DNA of 32,000 bases, taken from Sinorhizobium meliloti. Lineage in GTDB: Bacteria; Pseudomonadota; Alphaproteobacteria; Rhizobiales; Rhizobiaceae. Positions within the stretch are counted from its first letter, which is position 1, and each line of letters opens with the position of its first letter. Below, one piece after another: positions 17,343 to 25,200 of the stretch. The stretch is from contig NZ_JAGIOS010000003.1 in the NCBI RefSeq assembly GCF_017876815.1, positions 840,001 to 872,000 of the forward strand, written 5' to 3'. A model generated the notes under the pieces. That model did not search any database, was not told where the DNA came from, and saw nothing but the letters and a program-made list of their open reading frames with translations. Both the position numbers and the translations under genes were made by a program.

Positions 17343-18941
17343 TTACGCGGCACCCGGTCGGTTTATCGTCATGAAGTGACGGACGACAGGCTTGTCGGGA
17401 CCGACATGGTAGGCGAGAACCTTGCCCTGCAGATCGGCGTCGGCATTGGACACCCGCTTGTGCTGGCGAAGATGTTCAGCCCAGGATTCCACCATGAACC
17501 ATTCGACGATCTTCTCGGGGTCGGCCGAATCCTCGGTCACGCCCCATCCGTAGGCACCATCGCGGCGGCGCTCCCTGGAAAGATGATCGATCGCGTGCAG
17601 GAAGGCTGTGCGGTGCTGCTTCTCGACCTTGTACTCGATCAGGATCAGAACCGGGCCGCGGTCATGGGCGATCGGTTCCGCAACAAGCGGCTCGGGCCAG
17701 TGGTTCGACGGCACCAGGTCGGCATCGCCGGCCGGAAGCTTCACGCGGTGCATTATGAGTCCGGCGATGAGCAGGCCGATGGCTCCAATGATCAAGGTGG
17801 ACTGGATGCCGACAGCCTCGCCGACCGCGCCCCAACCAAGGCTTCCGGCAGTCATCGCACCGTTGAAGACCGTCAGGTAGACGGCGAGCCCACGACCCCG
17901 TACCCAGTTGGGAAGAACTGACTGCGCAGTGCCATTGAGCGTTGTCAGGGCGGTGATCCACGCGCCACCGAGGAAGAGAAGAACGATGATGGCGACGACC
18001 TTCGGTGGAGCGAGAGCAAGGACTCCCATGACGGCTGCGGTGATCAGCGCGGCGCCGAGCAGCAGGCCGTCGGAACTCAGGCGTTCGCGAAGCTTCGGCA
18101 TCACCAGGGCTCCACCGATCGCGCCTGCACCGACTGCGCCCAGCAGGATGCCATAGAAGCCGGCATCGCCACCGAGCAGTTGCCGCGCAACGAGCGGGAG
18201 AAGCGCCCAGACGGCGCTGGCGAAGGCGAAGAAGATCGCGGCGCGCAAGAGGACGACGTGCAGTGGCGTGCTTGAGCGGGTGTAGCGAAGCCCGGCCCGG
18301 AACGCACCGAAGAAGTTCTCCTGGAGAGCATCGTTGGCGTTCTTGGCCCGTGGCCACCAGACAAGAGCGGCTATGACCACGATGTAGCTGGCGACATCGG
18401 CGCCGTAGGTGATTCCGGCTCCGAAGGCTGCGAGAAGCAGGCCGCCCGCAGCGGGGCCGATCGAGCGGGCGATGTTGATGCCGAGCGAGTTCAGCGCCAC
18501 TGCGCTCTTCACGTCCTCGCGCTTCACCAGTTCCGGAACGATCGCCTGCCAGGTCGGCCCCATCAGCGCGGCCCCAACGCCGCCGAGGAAGGTCAGGCCG
18601 ATCAGCGAGCTGACCGAGAGCATGCCCGTCTGCGACAGGACCATCAGGGAGATGCTGACGGAGGCGAGCAGGAGTTGGACGGCGATCAGAAATTTGCGGC
18701 GATCAAGGATGTCGGTGAGAACGCCTGCGGGAATGGCAAGCAGGAAGATCGGCAGGGTTCCGGCCGCCTGAACCATGGCCACCGCGGCGGGCGATGCGGA
18801 CAGATCCGTCATCAGCCAAGCGCTGGCGACATCGCGCATGAAGCTTCCGGTATTGCCGAGGACGGTCGCGGTCCACAGAACTGCGAAGACTGGCTGGGCA
18901 AGGGGCGCAAAGGTTCCCCCGGATGATTTTGCGGCGCTCAT
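17343..18941 (-). CDS. MFS transporter (EntS/MFS_3-like) fused to a ~120-aa C-terminal soluble domain
   Basis: The ATG at 18941 gives MSAAKSSGGTFAPLAQPVFAVLWTATVLGNTG..., followed by about 12 hydrophobic spans. The tail GPVLILIEYKVEKQHRTAFLHAIDHLSRERRRDGAYGWGV...ESWAEHLRQHKRV looks ferredoxin-like/ABM-like. The upstream 183 nt of the track ORF overlap the DoxX gene. Confidence 0.8.
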   Translation of the reverse strand: MSAAKSSGGTFAPLAQPVFAVLWTATVLGNTGSFMRDVASAWLMTDLSASPAAVAMVQAAGTLPIFLLAIPAGVLTDILDRRKFLIAVQLLLASVSISLMVLSQTGMLSVSSLIGLTFLGGVGAALMGPTWQAIVPELVKREDVKSAVALNSLGINIARSIGPAAGGLLLAAFGAGITYGADVASYIVVIAALVWWPRAKNANDALQENFFGAFRAGLRYTRSSTPLHVVLLRAAIFFAFASAVWALLPLVARQLLGGDAGFYGILLGAVGAGAIGGALVMPKLRERLSSDGLLLGAALITAAVMGVLALAPPKVVAIIVLLFLGGAWITALTTLNGTAQSVLPNWVRGRGLAVYLTVFNGAMTAGSLGWGAVGEAVGIQSTLIIGAIGLLIAGLIMHRVKLPAGDADLVPSNHWPEPLVAEPIAHDRGPVLILIEYKVEKQHRTAFLHAIDHLSRERRRDGAYGWGVTEDSADPEKIVEWFMVESWAEHLRQHKRVSNADADLQGKVLAYHVGPDKPVVRHFMTINRPGAA

Positions 18942-19381
18942 TTGCCTGCTCCCTTGGTGAGGTCGAATGCTGCAACAAAGACGAATGCGCCTGCGAGGCC
19001 GAGGTGCTCGAAGAAGGCGTTGGTCGCCATCATGCGATCCATTCCCGGCGCCATTTCCCAGAAGCGCAGAGCGATGAAGGTTGCGAGAAGCGTGAAGCCA
19101 GCCAGCGCCAGGGCACCTGCCCAACGCAGCAAGCCCGAGATCACCATGGCAGAGGCTGTCAGTTCGAACACGATGACAGCGACTGCGAAGAAGGGGGCCG
19201 GGTGCAGACCGAAATGATCCATTTCAGCCAGTGCACCATTGAAGTCGAAGATCTTGGTGAGGGGACCCTGTATGTAGGCTGCGCAAAGAGCCAGCAGTGA
19301 CACCGTCCGCACGACAGGCGATCCGACGACGCGCGCCACGCCGCTCCGGATTGGGTTGGATAGTTGAGAATGGTAGGTCAT
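18938..19381 (-). CDS. DoxX-family membrane protein
   Basis: 147 aa with four hydrophobic segments (FELTASAMVISGLLRWAGALALAGFTLLATF). ATGA overlap with the MFS start. Confidence 0.65.
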   Translation of the reverse strand: MTYHSQLSNPIRSGVARVVGSPVVRTVSLLALCAAYIQGPLTKIFDFNGALAEMDHFGLHPAPFFAVAVIVFELTASAMVISGLLRWAGALALAGFTLLATFIALRFWEMAPGMDRMMATNAFFEHLGLAGAFVFVAAFDLTKGAGK

Positions 19382-19454
19382 ATTTGCTCCTGCATGTTCG
19401 CCGCGAGGGCTGCGTTCGATGGAGCGATATTGGCTGGTTACCGAATTGCCAACA

Positions 19455-19496
19455 ATTGCAGCAATAGTTTCGATTTAATTGCAAAATCAGCAATTA
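19455..19496 (+). promoter_or_regulatory. Operator-like site S1 (ATTGCA-N17-ATTGCA) upstream of doxX-MFS
   Basis: ATTGCAGCAATAGTTTCGATTTAATTGCAAAATCAGCAATTA. The two ATTGCA hexamers start 23 bp apart. It also contains the perfect dyad TAATTGC-N7-GCAATTA (19476..19496). It lies 74-115 nt upstream of the doxX start. Confidence 0.6.
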
Positions 19497-19541
19497 TGGG
19501 GTGGCGCTCGGGTGTCGGTGGGCACCCGAGCTGAATGTTCG

Positions 19542-21524
19542 TCAGACCGCCCAGCAGGAGCAGCCGAGAGCGCCGAAGAAGCCCTTGAGGTCGGCTATCG
19601 GGAGCTTGGATGTCCAGGCCCCGGCATGGTCGTGGCCGTGCACGCCGCAATCACTTGCACATCCGCATGTGGAGATCGCGGTGCGGCGGAGTGAGCGGGC
19701 ACCCGCTCTTTCCGGTTCGCCCCAGGCCGCGTAACCGCCGAATTTGCGCACCGGAGACCAGTCGGGCATCGCGGGCGGGATCTCGTTCTCGTCGAGCGTC
19801 TTGAAGTCGCCTGCGCCATAGACAATCTTGCCGCCGACCATGGTCAGCTCCGAGACGATGAAGGAGATCTCGTCCTCGGCGCAGGAGAAGAAGTCCTTGT
19901 CCGGCACCACGAGGTCGGCGAACTGCCCTTTTTCGATGCGGCCCTTCTTGCCTTCCTCGTTGGAGAACCATGTGACCTTTTCGGTCCACATTCGCAGCGC
20001 CGTCTCGCGGTCGAGGCAGTTTGCCCGAGGGTAGAGCTGCATGCCGCCGACCGTCTTGCCAGTTACCATCCACGACAGCGATACCCACGGATTGTAGGAG
20101 GCGACGCGGGTGGCATCGGTGCCGGCCGAGACGTTGACTCCCTTATCGAGCATGCGGCGGATCGGCGGCGTAGCCTCGGCCACGCCATGGCCATAGCGTT
20201 CGGCGAAATATTCGCCCTGATAGGCCATGCGATGCTGGCTAGCGATACCGCCGCCAAGCGCTGCGATACGGTCGATCGAGCGATCCGAGATGGTTTCGGC
20301 ATGGTCGAAGAACCAGTTCAGTCCTTCGAGCGGGATATCCTTGTTGACCTTCTCGAACACGTCGAGCGCGCGGGAGATCGTCTCGTCATAGGTGGCATGC
20401 AGGCGCCATGGCCAGCGGTTTTCAGCCAGAACGCGGACGACCTCTTCCAGCTCACCTTCCATTTCCGGAGCCATCTCTGGACGGGGTTGGCGGAAATCCT
20501 CGAAGTCCGCGGCGGAGAAGACAAGCATCTCGCCCGCACCGTTGTGGCGGAAGTAATCGTTGCCCTGCTTGTATTTGACCGACTGCGTCCAGTTCAGGAA
20601 GTCCTGCTTCTCTTCCTTGGGCTTCTGGGTGAAGAGGTTGTAGGCCAGCCGCACCGTCATCTGGTTCTCGTCGGACAGCTTCTGAATGACCTCGTAGTCG
20701 TCAGGATAGTTCTGGAAGCCGCCACCCGCGTCGATCACGCCTGTCACGCCAAGGCGGTTCAGTTCGCGCATGAAATGGCGGGTCGAGTTGACTTGGTAGT
20801 CGAAGGGAAGCTTGGGGCCCTTGGCCAGCGTCGAGTACAGAATGCCTGCATTCGGCTTGGCCAGCAGCAAGCCGGTCGGGTTACCGTTGGCATCTCGGGT
20901 GATCTCGCCGCCGGGCGGGTTCGGCGTGTCACGGGTGTAGCCCACCGCGCGGAGAGCTGCCCCATTGAGCAGCGCACGGTCATAAAGGTGCAGAAGGAAG
21001 ACGGGCGTGTCGGGCGCGACGGCATTGATCTCCTCGATTGTCGGGAGGCGCTTTTCCGCGAATTGATGTTCGGTGAAGCCGCCGACGACACGGACCCATT
21101 GCGGCGCGGGCGTGATCGCCACCTGGCGCTTCAGCATGTCCATCGCGTCGGCGAGCGAGCGCACGCCGTCCCAGCGCAGTTCCATGTTGTAGTTGAGGCC
21201 ACCGCGAACGACGTGGGTATGGTTGTCGATCAGGCCGGGAAGGACGCCCTTGCCCTTGAGGTCGACGATTTTGGTGCCGGAACCAGCCAGCGCCATGACC
21301 TCGCTGTCGGATCCGACTTCCAAAAACAGCCCATCCTTGATGGCGATTGCCGTTGCATTCGGATTGGTCCGGTCAAGGGTCGTCACGCGGCCATTGTGGA
21401 GGATCAGGTCGGGATGCATGGTGTCTACTCCGGTCTGGTTGGGATCGGCGGCTTTCGCCGGGGAGAAGAGGTTCGCGAACGCCAGGCTCGACGCGCCTCC
21501 GAGGAAGGATCGACGCGTCGCCAT
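19542..21524 (-). CDS. Tat-exported amidohydrolase-family (amidohydrolase_3 / YtcJ-like) metal hydrolase with a Cys/His-rich C-terminal tail
   Basis: The start MATRRSFLGGASSLAFANLFSPAKA is a twin-arginine signal. LPGLIDNHTHV carries the HxH metal motif. The tail is STCGCASDCGVHGHDHAGAW...GALGCSCWAV. ATGA overlap with the XapX-like gene. Confidence 0.85.
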   Translation of the reverse strand: MATRRSFLGGASSLAFANLFSPAKAADPNQTGVDTMHPDLILHNGRVTTLDRTNPNATAIAIKDGLFLEVGSDSEVMALAGSGTKIVDLKGKGVLPGLIDNHTHVVRGGLNYNMELRWDGVRSLADAMDMLKRQVAITPAPQWVRVVGGFTEHQFAEKRLPTIEEINAVAPDTPVFLLHLYDRALLNGAALRAVGYTRDTPNPPGGEITRDANGNPTGLLLAKPNAGILYSTLAKGPKLPFDYQVNSTRHFMRELNRLGVTGVIDAGGGFQNYPDDYEVIQKLSDENQMTVRLAYNLFTQKPKEEKQDFLNWTQSVKYKQGNDYFRHNGAGEMLVFSAADFEDFRQPRPEMAPEMEGELEEVVRVLAENRWPWRLHATYDETISRALDVFEKVNKDIPLEGLNWFFDHAETISDRSIDRIAALGGGIASQHRMAYQGEYFAERYGHGVAEATPPIRRMLDKGVNVSAGTDATRVASYNPWVSLSWMVTGKTVGGMQLYPRANCLDRETALRMWTEKVTWFSNEEGKKGRIEKGQFADLVVPDKDFFSCAEDEISFIVSELTMVGGKIVYGAGDFKTLDENEIPPAMPDWSPVRKFGGYAAWGEPERAGARSLRRTAISTCGCASDCGVHGHDHAGAWTSKLPIADLKGFFGALGCSCWAV

Positions 21525-21811
21525 CAGCTCCGCTCCTCTACACGCGCCTTTGCCTGATGGGCAATCTCGATACGATCGCTGCCCTTCGGGAGATGACCGA
21601 ACATGTGCGGCTTGATCTGATGAAGCCATGAGATGGCTGCCGGCTCGCTTCTCCAAAGCGTCTTCGCGAACGGAATGATCTGTTCGCCGACAAGGATTCC
21701 GAGAAGGCCGACCAGAGCAATGACAGGCGGTGCTGGTGATCGGACGTTGAGCAGGCTGTAGACAATGCCGACAAGCAGGCCTGCGCCAAGCGATAGGAGG
21801 TAGACTTTCAT
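21524..21811 (-). CDS. XapX-domain (DUF1427) small membrane protein with extended C-terminus
   Basis: MKVYLLSLGAGLLVGIVYSLLNVRSPAPPVIALVGLLGILVGEQ matches the XapX domain pattern as recalled. The stop overlaps the amidohydrolase ATG. Confidence 0.65.
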   Translation of the reverse strand: MKVYLLSLGAGLLVGIVYSLLNVRSPAPPVIALVGLLGILVGEQIIPFAKTLWRSEPAAISWLHQIKPHMFGHLPKGSDRIEIAHQAKARVEERS

Positions 21812-21875
21812 GGGATGATCTCCGGTTGCGAAAGGGCCGCTCCGACCGGGTGATCGGAGCGGCCGGATCAGGCCC

Positions 21876-22565
21876 TTACTTTGCGGGGTTCGGGCCGATG
21901 CGCTTGCCGTGCTTAACGCGTTCTTCGGCGCCGTGGACCATCGTGTAGGCGTAGTCGATGCCCATGCCGTACGCGCCGGAATGTTCCTTCACAAGCGTGG
22001 TGACAGCATCGTAGGTCTCCTTGCGAGCCCAGTCGCGCTGCCATTCAAGCAGAACCTGCTGCCACGTGACCGGGATCACACCTGCCTGCACCATGCGGTC
22101 CATTGCGTATTTGTGTGCGTCGGACGAGGTACCGCCGGAGGCATCTGCGACCATGTAGATTTCGTATTCGGGGACATCATGGAGGGCAGAGAGGGCGAAG
22201 GTGGTGTTGCATACTTCAGTCCAGAGACCGGAGACGACGATCTTCTTGCGGCCGTTGGCGGCGTTCTTCGCCAGCGCGTCACGGACGTTCTGATCGTCCC
22301 AGGAGTTCATCGAGGTGCGCTCAAGGAGGTCGTTCTCCGGGAAGACGGCAAGCAGCTCGGGGAAGGTGTTGCCAGAGAAGGACTGCGTTTCGACCGTGGT
22401 GATCGTGGTCGGGACATTGAAGATCTTGGCGGCCTTGGCGAGGCCGACGACATTGTTCTTCAGCGTCTGGCGGTCGATCGACTGGACCCCAAAGGCCATT
22501 TGCGGCTGCTGGTCGATGAAGATGAGCTGGCTGTTTGCCGGGGTCAGGACTTCGAGCTTGGACAT
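21876..22565 (-). CDS. Isochorismatase-family hydrolase, YcaC-like
   Basis: 229 aa, similar along its length to E. coli YcaC as recalled (KNNVVGLAKAAKIFNVPTTITT vs KNNVLALGDLAKYFNLPTILTT; VSGLWTEVC; MVADASGG). Confidence 0.8.
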   Translation of the reverse strand: MSKLEVLTPANSQLIFIDQQPQMAFGVQSIDRQTLKNNVVGLAKAAKIFNVPTTITTVETQSFSGNTFPELLAVFPENDLLERTSMNSWDDQNVRDALAKNAANGRKKIVVSGLWTEVCNTTFALSALHDVPEYEIYMVADASGGTSSDAHKYAMDRMVQAGVIPVTWQQVLLEWQRDWARKETYDAVTTLVKEHSGAYGMGIDYAYTMVHGAEERVKHGKRIGPNPAK

Positions 22566-22756
22566 GGGTCAATTCCTCTTCGGTTGTTTGGGCCGCCTGG
22601 TGCGGCGTCAGAAAATGGGCAGCAGCTATCGATCGGACGCCCGCCAAGCGGCGCTCTTTCTGCAATCCTTGGAGTGTTGCTGGCTCCTTTTCGGGGCCGT
22701 TCACTCGTCGTCTTGGCTGCTGACAACAAATCTACCGCGCCGCTACTCACTGCGGA

Positions 22757-22785
22757 ATTGCAATAAAAATTTCGAATGAATTGCG
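22757..22785 (+). promoter_or_regulatory. Operator-like site S2 upstream of the ycaC-like operon
   Basis: ATTGCAATAAAAATTTCGAATGAATTGCG, with the same 23-bp hexamer spacing and the same internal TTTyGA...AATTGC columns as S1 and S3. Confidence 0.55.
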
Positions 22786-22880
22786 ATATCTGCAACAGAC
22801 GTCGGTTTGCCAGCACTTGGACGGAACAGCGCCGCGACCCTTTCGAATCGCGCTGACGTTCCAACTCTCAGTGACTGCTG

Positions 22881-23813
22881 TCATGCCGCCAGCGGCACGA
22901 GGTTAGCCTGGATCTGTTCGCGGTATTCCTCGTATCTGACCGGAAGCTTAAGAGCTTCCCCGAGGTGGGCTGTATCCTCGTCGCGGTTGAATCCGGGCTC
23001 GTTTGTGGCGACCTCGAAGAGGATACCGCCCGGTGTGCGGAAGTAGATGGCCCAGAAATAATCGCGGTCGATGACGGGGGTGACCTGGTAGCCAGTGTCC
23101 ATCAGCGCCTTGCGCACCTCGAGCTGCTTCTCGCGGTTGTCGACGGCGAATGCAATATGGTGCACCGAACCTGCACCCTGTCGCGCGAAAGGAGTCTTTG
23201 GCAATGCCAGTAGATCGATCGTGTCCGCTCCGTTACCGTTGGATATGATGAAGCGTACAACGTCGCCCTCCTTCTCGGCGCGCTCGTAGCCCATGAAGCC
23301 GAGCAGCTCCTCCGTTGCAGCGGAGTCGTGCAGGCTGAAGCGTGCGCCAGCGAAACCGCGGATGGCCGCATCATCTGGAATTCCATCTGCCAGCCACGGA
23401 GCGCGCTTGTCGTCAGCGGACTCGATAAGCGCAAAGCTGTCGCCGTCCGGTCCCATGAAGCGGAGTCGGTCCGCGCCGAAGACAGTATCGCGTTCCAGAC
23501 CGTCCACGCCTTGGGTTGTGAAGCGATCCTGCCAGAACTTCAGCGATCCCTTGGGAACGGAGAACTGGGTCTCGCCGACTTCACCGACACCGGGGCGGCC
23601 GAGCATCATGTTCGGGAACGGGAAGTAGGTCATCACCGTTCCGGCCGAGCCCGTCTCGTCACCATAGTAGAGGTGATAGACGCTCGGGTCGTCGAAGTTG
23701 ACAGTCTGCTTGACGCGACGAAGACCGAGCGTGTCGGTGAAGAAGCGGTTGTTCTGCCGCGCGTCCGATGCCATCGAAGTCACGTGGTGCAGTCCCTTGA
23801 TGTCCTTGATCAT
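22881..23813 (-). CDS. Ring-cleaving dioxygenase, VOC/glyoxalase superfamily (MhqA/MhqO-like)
   Basis: MIKDIKGLHHVTSMASDARQNNRFFTDTLGLRRVKQTVNFDDPSVYHLYYGDETGSAGTVMTYFPF is the typical N-terminus of this ~310-aa family. Start is at ATG 23813. Confidence 0.8.
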   Translation of the reverse strand: MIKDIKGLHHVTSMASDARQNNRFFTDTLGLRRVKQTVNFDDPSVYHLYYGDETGSAGTVMTYFPFPNMMLGRPGVGEVGETQFSVPKGSLKFWQDRFTTQGVDGLERDTVFGADRLRFMGPDGDSFALIESADDKRAPWLADGIPDDAAIRGFAGARFSLHDSAATEELLGFMGYERAEKEGDVVRFIISNGNGADTIDLLALPKTPFARQGAGSVHHIAFAVDNREKQLEVRKALMDTGYQVTPVIDRDYFWAIYFRTPGGILFEVATNEPGFNRDEDTAHLGEALKLPVRYEEYREQIQANLVPLAA

Positions 23814-23878
23814 TTTGAAGCCTCTCGGTTGGTGTTCCGGTGTTGATAAGAATGTAGACCCGTTGATCGCCGCTCGTA

Positions 23879-23907
23879 ATTGCAATATTCCTTTTGATTG
23901 AATTGCA
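23879..23907 (+). promoter_or_regulatory. Operator-like site S3 in the dioxygenase/LysR divergent region
   Basis: ATTGCAATATTCCTTTTGATTGAATTGCA, with 23-bp spacing. It also reads as TGCAAT-N15-ATTGCA. It lies 18 nt upstream of the LysR start and 66 nt upstream of the dioxygenase start. Confidence 0.6.
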
Positions 23908-23924
23908 GTTTATGAAACAATGAG

Positions 23925-24824
23925 ATGAACGACTACAAAGCTCTCCGCACCTTTCTGCTCGCCGCTGAGAAGCGGAACTTTGCCCAGGTCGCGCGCGAAC
24001 TGGACATGACGCCAGCAGCCGTCACACGGGCGATCGCCGCCCTCGAGGCGGAACTTGGCGTGCAGCTCTTCGTTCGCACGACGAGACAGGTATCGCTGAC
24101 GACCGACGGCGCGATCTTTGCCGCGCAGCTCCAACCCGCTGTGAAAACGATCGAAGACGCACGGCGTGAAGTAATGAACGCCCACAAGGCCGATGAGGGG
24201 CGGCTCCGGATCAGCGCGCCGACGTGGTTCGGCAAGGCGGTGCTGCCGCCGATCCTTTCAGCGTTCAAGGAACGGTATCCCAAGATGAGCTTCGAGATCT
24301 CGCTTTCGGATGGATTGGTGAATATCGTCGATGACGACTACGATCTGGCGATCCGCATCTCGTCGCAGCCGTCGGACAAATTCACCATCTGGCGTAAGAT
24401 CAGGGTTGTGCCGCGCATCCTGGTTGCCGCTCCCGGGAGCAGGTTCGTCGACATGCAGCACCCGAACGAACTGACACCGGACGACTGCCTCGCCTACAGC
24501 GGCGATAGCCGACGTGAGAACTGGGTGCTGTCGGACGGCGGATCGAGCATAACGATTTCGGCTGGCCGGGCATTCAGCGCCAACAACGGTGAAGTGCTCG
24601 CCGATATCGCCGCGGATGGCGCGGGTGTCGCCATGCTGCCAGGATTCCACATTTTCGAGCATCTTCGTACAGGGCGACTCGTACACGTCTTCAAAGGCTG
24701 GGCACCGCCGGATTTGTGGTTAACCCTTTACTATCCGCCCTACCAGGCCCTTCCGCCGCGGATCGCTTCCTTCTCCAAGTTTTTTGAAGAGCAGGTTCCA
24801 GCGCACATGGTCATGCTGGATTGA
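23925..24824 (+). CDS. LysR-family transcriptional regulator
   Basis: HTH LRTFLLAAEKRNFAQVARELDMTPAAVTRAIAALEAELGVQLFVRT. Length is 299 aa. It is divergent from the dioxygenase gene. Confidence 0.85.
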   Translation: MNDYKALRTFLLAAEKRNFAQVARELDMTPAAVTRAIAALEAELGVQLFVRTTRQVSLTTDGAIFAAQLQPAVKTIEDARREVMNAHKADEGRLRISAPTWFGKAVLPPILSAFKERYPKMSFEISLSDGLVNIVDDDYDLAIRISSQPSDKFTIWRKIRVVPRILVAAPGSRFVDMQHPNELTPDDCLAYSGDSRRENWVLSDGGSSITISAGRAFSANNGEVLADIAADGAGVAMLPGFHIFEHLRTGRLVHVFKGWAPPDLWLTLYYPPYQALPPRIASFSKFFEEQVPAHMVMLD

Positions 24825-24825
24825 G

Positions 24826-25084
24826 GCCTATCCTTGCGGACATATCAGCTCGTTTGCTGTGCCTTGGTACGTTCGGCTACGAGCGCCGACGCGCCACCTC
24901 CGCTACCGAACTGCCGGACAGCTGCGCTTCTTCAACAATTCGCCATTTGTCTTCCAGCGACCAGTTTCGTCGAGCGCTTCGCTCATTCCCGATATCGGGT
25001 ACCGCCATAGTATCCACCTAGCACTTGGTGGGCGCTATCCCACTCCAAGGTAGTGCCGGTAGGCGGCCATCACGCCACGCTTAC
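24826..25084 (-). mobile_element. IS66-family fragment: left end plus degenerate 5' part of tnpA
   Basis: The minus strand begins with GTAAGCGTGGCGTGATGG at 25084; GTAA is the family-typical terminus. An ATG at 25008 follows, giving MAVPDIGNERSARRNWSLEDKWRIVEEAQLSGSSVAEVARRRS*. This matches the RRRWS..EK..IV......G.SV..VARRHG pattern of IS66 TnpA. There is an in-frame stop at 24877..24879, and the rest is truncated next to the LysR stop. Confidence 0.6.
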
Positions 25085-25149
25085 GACCTTCGCGTGGAAA
25101 AACAATTGTGTTACGGGCAGCGCCACGCCCGAAACGACTTCGCTGGTTC

Positions 25150-25197
25150 GCTCTTCCAGTCGATACATTATGCGATCCTGACGAACAAGCCGGGAAC
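25150..25197 (+). repeat. Junction repeat copy B
   Basis: GCTCTTCCAGTC GATACATTATGCGATC CTGACGAACAAGCCGGGAAC, with the core at 25162..25177. It lies between the IS66 fragment and the IS30 element and outside both. Confidence 0.8.
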
Positions 25198-25200
25198 GTT

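Noticed and set aside
20187-21557. 456-aa plus-strand ORF
   Set aside because: It is antisense to the Tat-amidohydrolase and has repetitive Val/Arg/Gly-rich text with no motifs.
21909-22766. 285-aa plus-strand ORF
   Set aside because: It is antisense to the YcaC-like hydrolase and extends through the operator-containing intergenic region. It has no family resemblance.
25150-25197. The 16-bp core as the inverted repeat of the IS30 element or the IS66 fragment
   Set aside because: The IS30 IRs were located at 25201.. and ..26313 with a GTT duplication. The IS66 terminus is at 25084. The core lies outside both, and no inverted copy occurs at the other IS30 end.
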